Source of the DNA: Gekko japonicus
Lineage: Eukaryota
Length of the DNA stretch: 63,985 bases
Assembly: GCF_001447785.1 (NCBI RefSeq)
Contig: NW_015165239.1
Span: forward strand, 251,735-315,719
Reading direction: 5' to 3'
Shown here: positions 51,816 through 63,985 of the stretch, one piece after another
Position numbering within the stretch: the first letter of the stretch is position 1
Layout: each line of letters begins with the position of its first letter
Position numbers and translations under genes: made by a program
The notes under the pieces: generated by a model
Seen by the model: only the letters and a program-made list of their open reading frames with translations
What the model was told of the DNA's origin: nothing
Database searches by the model: none

Positions 51816-52400
51816 AGTCAAGTCAGCCTTTATTGGCATAAATTATCAGTACCATTTATACATTTATACATTTTAAAACCAGTTAAAACTCATATATACA
51901 ATTCTAGAAGAACCTTTGGCGCAGCTTTAAAGTCAAGCAGAGAAACTTAGCCACCTTCTCTGTGATGTCTGGACTCAGATCTCTTAAAAGTCTATTCACC
52001 TTAAGTGCATCAGAGCAAGCACCCATGCTGGTTAAAAGAGAGTGTAAGTATGTGATCCTTAGGTCCACATACAAATTGCAGTGCAGGAGAACATGAGTGA
52101 TAGATTCCACACATTTCGATCTACAAGGGCAGTATCTAGCCAGATGAGAAACCTTGTTAAATCTGCCAAATAAAATGGCGGACGACATAGCATTACATCT
52201 GGCCAGGGTGAACGCTCTATGTTGTTCAGGGACCTGCAGAGAGGATAGATATGAAGCCATCAGCCCTGTTGTAAGGGGAATCTCAAAATTCAAGGAGGAG
52301 CAGGTTTTATTGCCTAAACTATATAACGTCCGGGAACCAGAGACAGACATGCTGTCTTCCAGCTCTGCTATGATAAGTTACCAAGCCTGGTGTTTTTGTT
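51816..52400 (-). mobile_element. LINE 3' fragment with a C-terminal Cys/His motif (clade uncertain, RTEX- or CR1-group-like)
   Basis: RAFTLARC...RYCPCRSKCVESITHVLLHCNLYVDLR; AATAAA plus (TGACT)n tail. Confidence 0.65.
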
Positions 52401-53060
52401 TATACTCCTTGCAAATTGTTAAAGCTTATTTTACGAGAGAGTGAGGTTTTTTAGGATTTGTTTGCACTGATACAACTCCCTCCCCGTTTAACGAGATAAC
52501 TGGATAATTGGCTGGCGTTTTCAGCACCTTACCTGGCCAAAAGCCTCCCAATGCAAACAGAACCAACAAGCCCAAAAGACCTATGCAGAACCAGGAAATC
52601 CCAGCAGAAGCAAGGGCAAGCCTAACACAACAAATGTCAAACCAGAGAATCCAACACAAACCACAAACCCAATCCAAGCTAATTTTGTGCAAAGAACACA
52701 ATGTTGCAAGACCAACAAAACCAATTTCAAAGGACAGGCCCTGAGCCAAACTAACCTGGCAAACTGATACCAAGGCCTGGCAAGAAGACACTGACACAAA
52801 CAGTAAAATTAAAGAAAAACAGTAATGGGAGCCTTAAAGCACTGGCCCCCAATACTCCTGAATATTCTCAGAATTTTTCAGTACCCATTTCCCAGTATCC
52901 TGGAAAATCCCATATACCAATCGGATACTTGAATATATCCAGAAAATACCAATACATATCTGAACACACATTCTAATCATGGGACCCATATAACTCATAG
53001 AATAGGATTTATGGTGAGAAGGAAAATTTGGCAATATCTAGCAGAAAACTATATAGGCTG

Positions 53061-53449
53061 TAGGGTTGCCAACACAGGTTGGGCAATTCCTGAAGATTTG
53101 GGGCAGGAGTCTAGGGAAGGGAGGGACCTCAATAATTTTATTTAATTCATTTATACACCTCCCTTATCTCCAATAGGGACCCAAAGAGGCTTACGTATTT
53201 CTGCTCCATTTTATCCTCACAACAACCCTGTGAGGTAGATTAGACTGAGAGAGTGTGACTGGCCCAAGATCAATGGCGCAAGTGGCGATTCAAAACTGGG
53301 TCTTCCAGATACTAGTGCGACACTGTTAACAGCTACACAGTTAATCTTCAAAGCAGCCATTTTCTCCAGGGGAAATAATTTCTGTAGTCTGGATTATTAG
53401 CTGTAATACCAGGAGATCTCCAGGCCTCACCTGGATGTTGGCAACCCTA
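53061..53449. mobile_element. TAGGGTTGCCA-family MITE with a nested SINE (~53135-53340)
   Basis: TAGGGTTGCCAACA...TGTTGGCAACCCTA perfect TIR. Confidence 0.75.
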
Positions 53450-54923
53450 ACTGGGTTCTAGCCAATCACAGTAGCACTGCAACATCTAGTAGTCTTTCTA
53501 GATTAGGAAGCTAATTTAATACTGCTTTAAATTATCATCCATATGATTAATATTAGGTTGCCAACTCTGGGTTCAGTAAGACCTGGAGATCTGAGGGAGG
53601 AGCTTGGGATATAGAGTTTCCAGTTCTCCCCTAGCCACTGGTAGAAGATGGGGAGGTATGCTTGCCAGATCCAGTTTGGGAAACTCCTGGAGATTTGGGG
53701 ATGGAGCCTGGGGAGCACAGGGACCTCCGTGGGGTACAATGCCATAGAGTCTACCCTCCAAAGCATCCATTTTCTCCAAGGGAACTGATCTCTGTACTCT
53801 GGAGATGAGCTGTAATTCCAGGGGATCCCCAGGTCCCACTTAGAGGCCAGTATCCCTAGTTTAATAAAGGCCCCAATCCCTTCTACAGCATTTTATGGAG
53901 TCCTTTATTTGCTGATTTTCCTGGATGGACATTAGGAGTGAGAATGGCTGTCAAGAAACTTGATTTGATCTTCAACTTAGAGGGAGCTAGCCAGGATGAA
54001 CTTCAGAAACATCCAGTTTTAAGGAGTATTAAAAAGATCAACATATAAGAAGCATTTTTATTGTTGTTTGAGATACATGATGTTTACTAACAAGTCTTCT
54101 ACACACATGGGAGAAATTAGCACTGAATCTCATAAATAATTTAAGAGAACTAATTTACCATAATTGGTCTGTGGCATTTTCCAACAGTAAATAACTTGCT
54201 GAGCACACACACTCACAATAGCAACTAAAGACCATCAGGAATCCATGTCCTCAGGATTTTGTACATCAAGACAGCCATTGTGTGCATACCAATGAAGGCA
54301 TTTTCCTAAGCAATGAGTGGAAATGACATCTTTTAATGTGAAAATTACTAAAAAGTGCAACATAAATTAGGACTTTGTAAGGTATAAATATTCATAGCAT
54401 GCAGCTTACCTCCGAAAACATTTAGGAAAGAGTTGGATCTTTCACTTTCAATGTCGCACTGACAGCTAATTTAAATAAAATCAAATTAATATCTCAAAAG
54501 CACTGTCGTCACTAGCATTTTTCAGGAAATCACCAACTATTCCATTAAACCAGTAGAACATGATGAACAGAAAAAAGTCCTCAACCAGCAAGTATTCATA
54601 TTACTTTTACAAGACTATCTATATACATTTAGACAGTACCAGAAGGCTGGGCCTTACTCAGGTACGTCAAAAATCATAAGTTATTGCCAAAACTGTCAAG
54701 ATATGCAGAGTGTTGAATTCACTCCTCTTTTTCAAAATATCTGAAAATGGGGCTGCAGAGGCTATGACATATTATTTATAAGAATACAGGAACAACCGGG
54801 GAGACATTTTTATAATGCAATAGATACTATATTGAAATTGTATACAAATATCCACAACGTGTAATTCAACATTTAAAGTGCTAAGTTTATAAATTCATAG
54901 AAAATCACCTAATAGTTCATACG

Positions 54924-55005
54924 TAAGAGAATCACAATATATAACGAAGCTTCCGGCTTGTGTCTTCGTTTCGATCCTAAACTTCCTCAGAAGTAAATTC
55001 TCTTA
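54924..55005 (-). ncRNA. Hammerhead-ribozyme-like motif (degenerate, probably Penelope-associated)
   Basis: CTGAGGA-A-G(N8)C-GAAA-CGAAG...CTTCG-TT, closed by the 9-bp inverted repeat TAAGAGAAT/ATTCTCTTA. Confidence 0.5.
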
Positions 55006-55534
55006 TTCATCATTTTGCATTTAGTGAGTGTCGTCTCTTTTGTTTTCCAATAATAACCTCTTTGCTTTTCAAAGCTTATGTTCCAAATAGGAAACAACAA
55101 CCTTCATGTTAGGCTCCAGTCCAGTCTGCTGCGCGCTATTGAATGCTAGAGTGCCTCATGATAACATACGGATTTGGTATCTTACTACAGGGAGGAACAA
55201 GAGATTTTTTTTCACCATTGTAGAAGCCCCATTCAGAACCCCAGGCTGTTTTATTCTCAGTAGTTTGCAGCTGATAATGGGTAGGGGACAAGTTTCAAAA
55301 AAGGATTTTCCAGTCCCTTCCTTGGGATGTATGCTGTATCCTGAAAAAGGAGTTCCTCTGCATTTAAACATCCTTTCGGACCCAACCCAAGGCTGGTAAA
55401 TCATTCATCAAAGAAATGTTTGTTGTTCCTGGAACAGATTCTATCATACTATATAAAAATACAAGGTAGCCGAACTGGTCCATGAGAAAAATCTAAACAC
55501 AACAATACGATACTCCCTTAATTAGAACAAAATT

Positions 55535-56000
55535 TGAATTCAATAGCACCCTAGAGACCAACAAAAATTTCCAAGATATAAGATTTCATGAGTCAAAGCT
55601 CACTTTGTCAGATATAAAGAAAAATTAAGATTCATCCACCCTTATATCCATGTCAGAAGGTGGCAGGGGTGTTATATAGAAGGGCCAGTTGAAGGCAGGA
55701 TGCAGAGGTACAACACAAAGCATAATCATCTTGAGAGCAAGGAGATATGCATAGTGGTAAGAAATGCAGACAATTAGCATGAGTAATGAAACAAGAATCC
55801 TTTGTCCCTGTTCAGCCCTGGGGGGGTCCATTGTCCTGAAACTTGTTAATGAATTCTAGTTCTGTGATTCCGCATTGTAATCTCCCTTTAAAGATTCTCT
55901 GTTGGAGAACTGCCACTAAAAGAAATTCATTGGTTTCTAAGGTGCAGCCAGACTCAGATTTTGTTCTGCTACTACAGACTAACATGGCTACCTGCCTGAA
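55535..56000 (-). mobile_element. Penelope-like remnant
   Basis: Minus strand VAVLQQRIFKGRLQCGITELEFINKF; terminal repeat with CTGACAA-A-GTGAG..CTCAT-GAAA at 55579-55611. Confidence 0.65.
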
Positions 56001-57012
56001 ACAACCTTCATCAGTACTAACAAAACACTAAAATAATAAATGTAATAATTCAAAACCAGGTTCAGGGGAAAAAAATAAGAATTCTTCCCCATGGTGGATG
56101 TTAAGGAAAAGAGAGACAGACAGACAGACAGACAGACACAGAGTGGGGGGGGGCATGTTCGTAGACATGAAAGAGGTAATTAGATACCCTGAAGGCTGTG
56201 TAGAAACAATGTAAAATGAATCAAAATAAATCAAGTAACTGTACAATGCACTTAAAATACAAATTAAAACATAGGTCTAGTTTACTATGACTGTGGTCTT
56301 ATTTGTATGCCATCAACTTGTGGATATTAATTTGTATTATATAATGTACACTAAGGAATAGTTCAATCTAGAGGCTAAAGACAGCTTGGGACCACAATAC
56401 CTGTCAGAGGGCCTCTCCTGGCCTTAATCTACTCGGACACTGCACTCAGCCTCTAGGGCCTTCCCCCGGGTGCCAACTTCTCAACAGGATTGGACGGTGG
56501 CAAGTAGGAGGAGGGCCGTTTCGGTGGTGGCCCTGTCTTTGGAACAACCTCCCTGCTGCAGCCTACCTAGCACCAAATTTGTCATCTTTTCAGGTCCAGG
56601 TTAAGACAGCCCACTTCACAGAGGCCTCTAAAGACCTCTTTGACCATTCAGGGGCCATGGGAAATTCCATTTGAATGAGAGCATCTTAGTGTTGTTCCTG
56701 ACACAGCCAATGAGAGGCCAAATGTGGCTTTCCCCTTCACTCAGCTTTTCCCATAGAGCCTATCTTATTCTTTCCTCTGCCATTGATTTAAGCAGAAGGT
56801 GTTGAAGGAAAGACGTAGAGTTGCCTGCTCTGGCTTGGAAAATTTCTGGAGATTTGGTGGCAGTGCCTGGGGAGGGTGGAGTTTGAGAAAGGAAGGAGCA
56901 CAATGGGGATATGATGCTATACAGTCCACCCAGGGAAGCTGCCATTTCCTCCAGGGAAACTGATCTCTAGCCTGGAAATCAGTTGTAATTCTGGGAGAAT
57001 TCCAGGCCCCAC

Positions 57013-57325
57013 TGTTGAGATCACAATAGCGGTGGATCATACATTACAGAAGGGGAGAGGTAATGAGAGGGTTAATTCAGTTGCATAGTTACACAGTACA
57101 TATGAGGGGTGATGTTGCCTAGTAACTAACTGGGGCCTAGAAGTGGCTTCTTCTGTTTTCTGTTCCCTCTCTTTGTGCTGGATCTGCTGCAGACCAGGAG
57201 AGAGGTCTGCACTATGCCAATTTAGTTATCTGTTCTGCGGGTCTGAATGTTAAGTAAAGTTTTTACTTCTTGAAATAATCTTCAGCCTGGACTCATTTGT
57301 ATTTGCAAAGCTGCAACATCTATCA
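57013..57325 (+). mobile_element. Putative solo LTR inside a TAGGGTTGCCA-family MITE
   Basis: TG...CA termini; perfect 5-bp TSD CCCAC (57008-57012 / 57326-57330). Confidence 0.65.
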
Positions 57326-59979
57326 CCCACTAGGACTGAAGACTGCATGAAGAATGCCACTCAAGAGAAAGGGTGGGTTATTCACACATGCATGAGTGTG
57401 AGAGTCTGAATATTCAGGTTCACTTAGCCACATGGCTCAGACTGACTGAATAAAACTTGGTCCAAACATTATGGAAATTATCTTTATTAATTCCCAAAAT
57501 TATTTTTAAAGTTCCTTTTCTAGGCTTTTAGCTTGCTAGCAGATCCCACTAAGGCAGTGTACAACAATGATCATACATATGTTAGTGCAGGGTTTTGAAG
57601 GGCACAGGGCTGAGACTGCCCAGGGGCTGTCTCTCCTCTGATGGCTATCATACATATGTTAGTGCAGGGCAGGTTCCAGGTTTTGAAGGGCACTGAGCTG
57701 AGTCTGCCCAGGGGCTGTCTCTCCTCTGATGGCTACTAGGACCCCTGCTTGTGCTGTCCTTCCAGCCCACACACATCCCGGCCTGCCTGTATGTCCTTCC
57801 TTCCCCTGACCATTTGTAAGCCTTCCCACTGACATGTTCCCGGGTGATATGTGCAGATGGGAACACCATTACTGTGCCCACCTGGAGTGCCACCGCTGTG
57901 CACTGTCAGCATGTAGTTGGGCACTCTGTGGTAGTGGGCCCTGACAGAAACTCTGGGCCCTGGCAGCTGCCCCAGTGCATGGTATGGTGACACTGGCCCT
58001 GTCTCAGTGCATTGACTCTTCAGTGATGATTGTAACACAAGAAATAGTAACAAATTGTATAGTACTGTAGTTCACTTGGCATCTAAGTTGTGCAGATTCA
58101 TCCTACTGCAAATAAAAGCCTACCTATTCCTGTGTCAGGACAGTACACACAAACTGTCTACCATGTGGGTGCCATGAATACATGTTTAGTGGTCCTCCAA
58201 ATGGAAATTTCTCTGTGCCGCTGCAAACCTTGGGATAGGATAGAGTACATATGCTGATCCATGGGATAAGCTGGGGCACACCAACCACTCTCTACCTAGA
58301 AACAGGTGAAGAACAATTTGAAATACTGCCTATGTGGCAGATGCTTCATGTGTACTTTCTCTGGGTTGAAATGGTGGCAATTCCGACTTCTTTTAGTGCA
58401 TAATCATATTCTATATTGAAGAGGAAAGTGATAGTCTTGTGGATTGAAACTTTAAAGAAATATTGGTGACATACAGTCTAGACAACAGAAAGTAATGCCA
58501 AGAAACTGTGCTGCTTAGAAAGATGCCAAGGTTTTTCTTGGGGCCTATTGAATCACATTGAATGGTGCTCTGCACTTGCCCTAGGAGTGCATATAGCAAT
58601 CGTTACAATTAGCATAATCATCTAAGAAAAAACATTGCAATATTCAAACTGCAGAAATACATTAGAATTTTAAAAAGGAAGTAATAGACCTGGAGGTCAC
58701 TGTGGCTGAAAATACAATGGAAGAACAATGTAGTAATAACAACAATGAATTTTACAACAAATAATAAAATAATAAAGCAACCAAAAATTAATAAAAAATT
58801 ATCCTCCATACCTAACGTGTGCTTAAAAAATATATTTTTGTAAAACAGAGAGAATATGCCGTGTTTTAAAAGCCATTCAAGATATTTTGGTAAAGAAAAT
58901 GAGACTGGAAAAGCATTCATCATTTCACTCATAATGCTCAACACTGGAAATTAATCCTGGGCGTGTAGGTGATACCTATCAGCCTATTTGCATTTCCCTC
59001 CTCTTTCTTGGCAGGGGCTGCTAAACACCACTGGGAGAGGGCTAGAAACCTTCAGACTCAGAATGCCTTCAGTACTGAAACAGCTAGCTTTTTATGATAT
59101 TAATCCCACACAAAGCGGAATGGCATGGCATGGAGTGAATTGAGTTGAAAAAGTCAGCGCTGTGGTCTGCTAGCCTTCAATTCACATAACATTAACATTG
59201 AAATACAGCAGCAGGGGTTGTTATATCCTCGCTTTCTCTTCACTCCTCAGTACATCAATAACACATTTGGAATTCCTTTCCAGTAATTTTATCCTTGATA
59301 GCAGTTCTGAGCCCTAATGGATGTGTTGATAAGAGTCTGTCTGGAGAAGATAACAGCCTATTTCTTGTTCTCTTCCTGTGGCCATAATCACAGATGTGTT
59401 TATTTGCTTCCTTTGCTTAAGGAACCTTGGCTGAATTAAGGAAGTAAGGTTCACATGCAGGATCATGTGATGAATTTGTGGGTAACCTTTATCTCAGAGA
59501 AATCTTATTTCATAGCATTCAAAAACAGCAGTAATTTGTTGCTGTTTGCCCAAATAATAGGACAGATTTTCATTTTAGAGCCGTAATGTCATAATAGGAA
59601 AAAAAATGAAAGTAGATATCTGCCTATCAAATGAGCTAGCAAGGTTCTTCTGTTTCCCCACCCCATAATAAAATAAATAATTTGGTTTATTAAAATAGTG
59701 GTTAAATCTGTTAAAAATCTTTTTTCCCCCTTCAATTTGATTTTGGTTGTTTCACAGAACCATTAAAATCCCTACACAGGTGTGGGAGTCTTTTAATGGC
59801 TGTTGCAATGGCTAATGTTTTGCTTTTACATCCTTGGCTGTTGCTGTGAAAAGTATTTTCCTCTGCAATGCTGTAATTTACATCTCAGGGTACCAGTAAG
59901 TGAAGGCAAGGATACAGTATTACAGTTTTTACTAGACAAAGTCTTTCCATCAGAAGTTTAACAAGATGTCATTCAAAGC

Positions 59980-60393
59980 CAGGGCTTATTTTGTAGAAAA
60001 GCTCAGCAGGATTTCATTAGCATAATAGGCCACACCCAAGAGCAGAAACTCATTAGCATATTAGGCCACACCCATGACAGCACAGTTAATTAGCATATTA
60101 GGCCATACCCCATGCCTTCCCTTGGCTTGTCTGGGTGCCCTGCGGCTGCAGGGCACCCGGGCAAGGTGGCCCTTGGAGGTTAGGGAAGGCAGTTTAAACT
60201 TGCCTGGGTGCCCCATGGCTGTGGGGAGCCTGGGCAAGCTGGCCCTTGGAGGGAAGGCAGTAAACTGCCTTCTCTTGGCTTGCCCGGGCGCCCCATGGCT
60301 GCGGACGCAGAGGTTTTGGCTGTACTGAGTATGGCCAACTCTGAAGCCAGCTGGAACTCTGTTCCTGTGCGTTCCTGCCCCAAAAGAGCCCTG
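59980..60393. mobile_element. hAT-like MITE with ATTAGCATA repeats
   Basis: CAGGGCTT...GAGCCCTG termini; related fragment near 38785-38870. Confidence 0.6.
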
Positions 60394-60789
60394 TAAAGCT
60401 ATGATGAATAATCCTAAACTACCAAAGTACTAGAAACTATAGAGATGTGGCTTCTACCATAGAGTTTTTGCCCAAATACCAAAACTGTGTTGCTATCTCC
60501 CAAACAGTGTTGATTTTTTAAAGTTTGGTGTCAAAGTCTGTTTTTGCATGATGATTCCTGCATATCATCATCCCTTCAAATTACTGTATTAAGAAACGAA
60601 GTGGGGAGGGAGAAATAAGAAAACATAGAGAAAGAGGTTGCCTTTACATTTTATCCTTTAAAGAGATCCTCTTAACATAGTGTTGTCAGACCCCCGGTGG
60701 AGGCATTGGTCCCCCGCTGCTAGGCCTCACCTCCCCACTGCTTTTCAGATGGCCGGCGGGGGGGGGAACTTACCCTGAAAAAGAGGAAG

Positions 60790-62575
60790 TCTATAGACAG
60801 TTTGATGAAGGACGAGATGGCAGGAATGAATTTGGCGAGATGGCTGGAATGAAAGTGAACAAACAAAAGACAAAGATCATCACAAAAAAATATAATACAA
60901 TCCATAACAAGAGAGCTGGTTGAGAAGACAGGATTTCTATTAGAGCAAAGAGTGAAATATTTAGGCATTTTTGACAAACAAATGTAGTTCATTGATGAAA
61001 GATAATTACATGAGGCTACTTGAAGAAATCCAAAAAGATTTAGATCAGTGGAATAACTTACAGCTGTCATTTATGGGAAGAGTAGCTACAATTAAAATGA
61101 ATATCCTTCCTAGACTCATTTTTCTTTTTCAAACTATCCCAATTTTGCAGAAGAAAACATACTTCCAGGAGCTGAATAAAATAACAATGACATTTATATG
61201 GCAAGGGAAGAAACCCAGAATAAAACTGAAGGCGCTACAGGACTTTAAACAGAGTGCAGGCCTTAGTCTAACAGACTGGGGAACTTATTATTAAGTGTGT
61301 GCATTGACATGGATTAAAGAATAGATGACAATAGAAAATACTAGACTGTTAAAACTTGAGGGACATGATTTAAAACTAGTATGGCATGCTTTTCTTTGGC
61401 ATCAAAAAGCAGATAATCACAAATACTTTAAAAATCATTTGATAAGGAAAGCATTGCTGTTAGTATGGGAAAGAGAAAGAATCAGTCATAATATATATGT
61501 GAAGATCCCGAAATGGGTCTCCCTAGTGGAAGCATTCATTCAACCTGGCAAGAGCTCAGCTGGAATCTAGATACGTTAAAGACAAACTTCAGGGGTTTTA
61601 TGCAGAATCGGCATTTGATACACTTCTATATGAAACAAATGATACATTAATTAAGAAATTATATGTGTATTTGTTACAGATAAAGATGGAGGATGAGGTA
61701 ATTAAAGACTGCATGATAAAATGGTCCCAAAATTTTGGCCATAATATTGATCTTGATCATTGGTTGCAAATATGGAAAACAAATGTTAAAATAACAAAAT
61801 CGGTGTCCTTTAAAGTGAATCTATATAAAATGTTCTATAGGTGGTATATGACGCCAGAGAATTAGCTAAAATGTACCCTGGAATGTCTGATAAATGCTGG
61901 AAGACACAGGTGGGAAGCTTTTTTCATATCTGGTGGAAGTGTAAAGATGTGATGTTATATTGGTGAAGGGCGCATGAAAAAAAATGTCTGTTACCGCTAC
62001 CGTTCAAACCAGAAATGTTTTTACTTAATATCATCGCTGATGTAAAAGATAAGAAAGTTAAGCACTTAATTATACATATAATCACCAAGCAAGAATTCTC
62101 TATGCTCAGTATTGGAAGAAATCAGAGATACCAACGAAAGACAAACTCTTGATAAAAAAAATTAAACAGCAGAAATTGATATATTGTCTGACTCATTGAA
62201 AGACCAAAGTAAACAAAATGTGAGAGATATTTGGACACCATTTTATGATGGGTGAAAAGAAATTCTGAAGATCAAGAATAATGAGTATAATTACTATAAA
62301 TTTGGGATAAATCTAACTTGAATTGTGCAGAACATGTACTTTTTCCAGGAATCACAATAGATTTTAGCGACTTGATTAATCAATATTAGTTTTTGAAATT
62401 ATATAAATGAAAGAGATCTGGAAACAAAGATTTAAGATGAAAACTTGTAACAGCTATTGTATAAACTTGATGGAAATTTTCCTACATGTCTTATCCCATT
62501 CCCTATGTCTTTCCCATCCTACAATGTCATATATAATAAGGAAAATCTAATAAAAATCTTTTACACACAAAAAAG
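60790..62575 (+). mobile_element. L1-clade ORF2 3' fragment with 3' end
   Basis: LSFMGRVATIKMNILPRLIFLFQTIP, LLKLEGHDL, NLYKMFYRWYMTP; AATAAA and A-rich end; related to 985-2910. Confidence 0.88.
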
Positions 62576-63270
62576 GAGGGAGAGTCATTCGATGTGGAGC
62601 GATGTGTCTACATCACTGCCCACATGACCCAGAAGTGACATCATCACATCCAGGACATCAGGGTGACATTTTGGTATTTGGGCAAAAACTATATGGTAGA
62701 AGCCAAATTTACCCAAGAGTTTTTGCCCAAATACCAAAGTTTTGCCCCAACATCCCAGATGTAATGATATCATTTCTGGGTCACGTGGGACTCCCTGCTG
62801 CTTCTGGTAAGTACCCCCCCCCCCCCGTTCCCTCGCACGCCCCATTCCCTGGCAAACCTAACTTCACATGACTGCTGCTGTTTATGTCAATAAAGCTTTT
62901 AAAAGTCGTAGTACATGCCTGGTGATTTAAAAAAATGACAAGGTAAGAAGATATATTTTGACAACCATTTAACCCAGAGTAGAGCATGATGAAATTTTTT
63001 TAGCTGCTGAAATAAAAAGAAAATGTCTAAAGTATTTTGTCAGATTCCAAAAAGTTCCATATAGTACTAAATCAACTACCACTTATCAATGGTTTAGCAC
63101 CCCACATTTCCAAGCACCAGCCCAATAATCAAGGAGACCTCCATGATAAGTTAGAAATCAGGGTGGCAAGGTAAAGTGCTGGATACAAATTTCAAAGGTT
63201 CTCCCACATTTGCTGTATTCCTGCCAAGACACAGCCATCTTGTTTTAATCTATGTGATATTCAGCTAGAT

Positions 63271-63612
63271 CAGGGGTCCCCAGTTCCATGGCACCTTCCA
63301 ACACCCTTCCTGGTGCCTACCAGCTGCTTTTAGGAAGCCAAAGGGGCCAAGTGGGGCATATGCCCAGAGAAGCCTCTGATCAGACATTAGAGATTTGATT
63401 GGCTGTGCAGATTTTTTAAACCTTTGCTTTAGCTGTCACCACAGCACAAGAATCTTCACTGCTGTGTGATTGAAGGTAAGCTGTGATAGCCATTTTGTGG
63501 CTGGCTCCACCACCTGCAGTAGCTATTTTGTGGCAGCCATTTTGTGGCTGTGCCCACCATATGTATCAGAATTCCAAAGGTGCCCACAGGCTTGAAAAGC
63601 TTGGGACCCCAG
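63271..63612. mobile_element. hAT (Charlie-like) MITE
   Basis: CAGGGGTCCC...GGGACCCCAG termini; perfect 8-bp TSD AGCTAGAT. Confidence 0.85.
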
Positions 63613-63985
63613 AGCTAGATCATGAATTTCACATAAAATAGTTCATATGAGTTCTAGATTTATAATTATCTAGCCAGGCTGGAAGAATATTTTCCGAGTC
63701 CTAAAGTCCTAGGCACTCTCATTTTCTTAAAGTCTGAGGTAGTCACTGTGATTTATCTGGCCCTGATTATATTTATACTTATGTCTTTGCTTTATAGACT
63801 TCAATACTTCATATATCATATAGGTATTCCATTGTCAAAGCAATCCATTGTGTAATAAAATCTTAATGGCAGAATTTTGATTTTAAAATTTCCTAGCCAG
63901 ACCAGTAGATGAAATCAAAGTAGTTCATGTTGCTCTGCTGCAAGAAAAATATATATGAGTAAAATGGTTTTTTGCCTTCTACAGT

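Larger units (their letters stand above)
51231..52975. mobile_element. hAT-like element carrying nested LINE fragments
   Basis: TAGGGATGTG...CACATTCTA termini; 8-bp TSD ATCATGAG/ATCATGGG. Confidence 0.6.

Overview
This is vertebrate nuclear DNA, not prokaryotic. The SINE, BovB, CR1/L2/L1 and Penelope repertoire points to a squamate, most likely a gecko (inference). The window is repeat-dense, contains two assembly gaps and has no intact host protein-coding gene that I can recognise. Main contents: (1) a decayed copy of FMNL1 coding exon 1 (minus, 434-571) that lacks its start codon and shows CpG-deamination substitutions; (2) a second decayed CpG-island promoter (~39500-41600) whose YY1- and NRF1-like motifs are mutated specifically at CpGs; (3) an apparently full-length ORF1-only L1 derivative (HAL1-like, 13404-16356, 14-bp TSD, polyA) nested in a MITE nested in a SINE; (4) a 5'-truncated Gypsy LTR retrotransposon with an uninterrupted 830-codon pol, a PPT and a 3' LTR, plus three candidate solo LTRs; (5) three degraded L1 ORF2 fragments, RTE-BovB copies, CR1/L2 fragments and Penelope remnants with three hammerhead-ribozyme-like cores; (6) many hAT-like (8-bp TSD) and Harbinger-like (3-bp TSD) MITEs, several of them nested. 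Family names come from recalled motifs, not database searches, and boundaries without TSD support are approximate.
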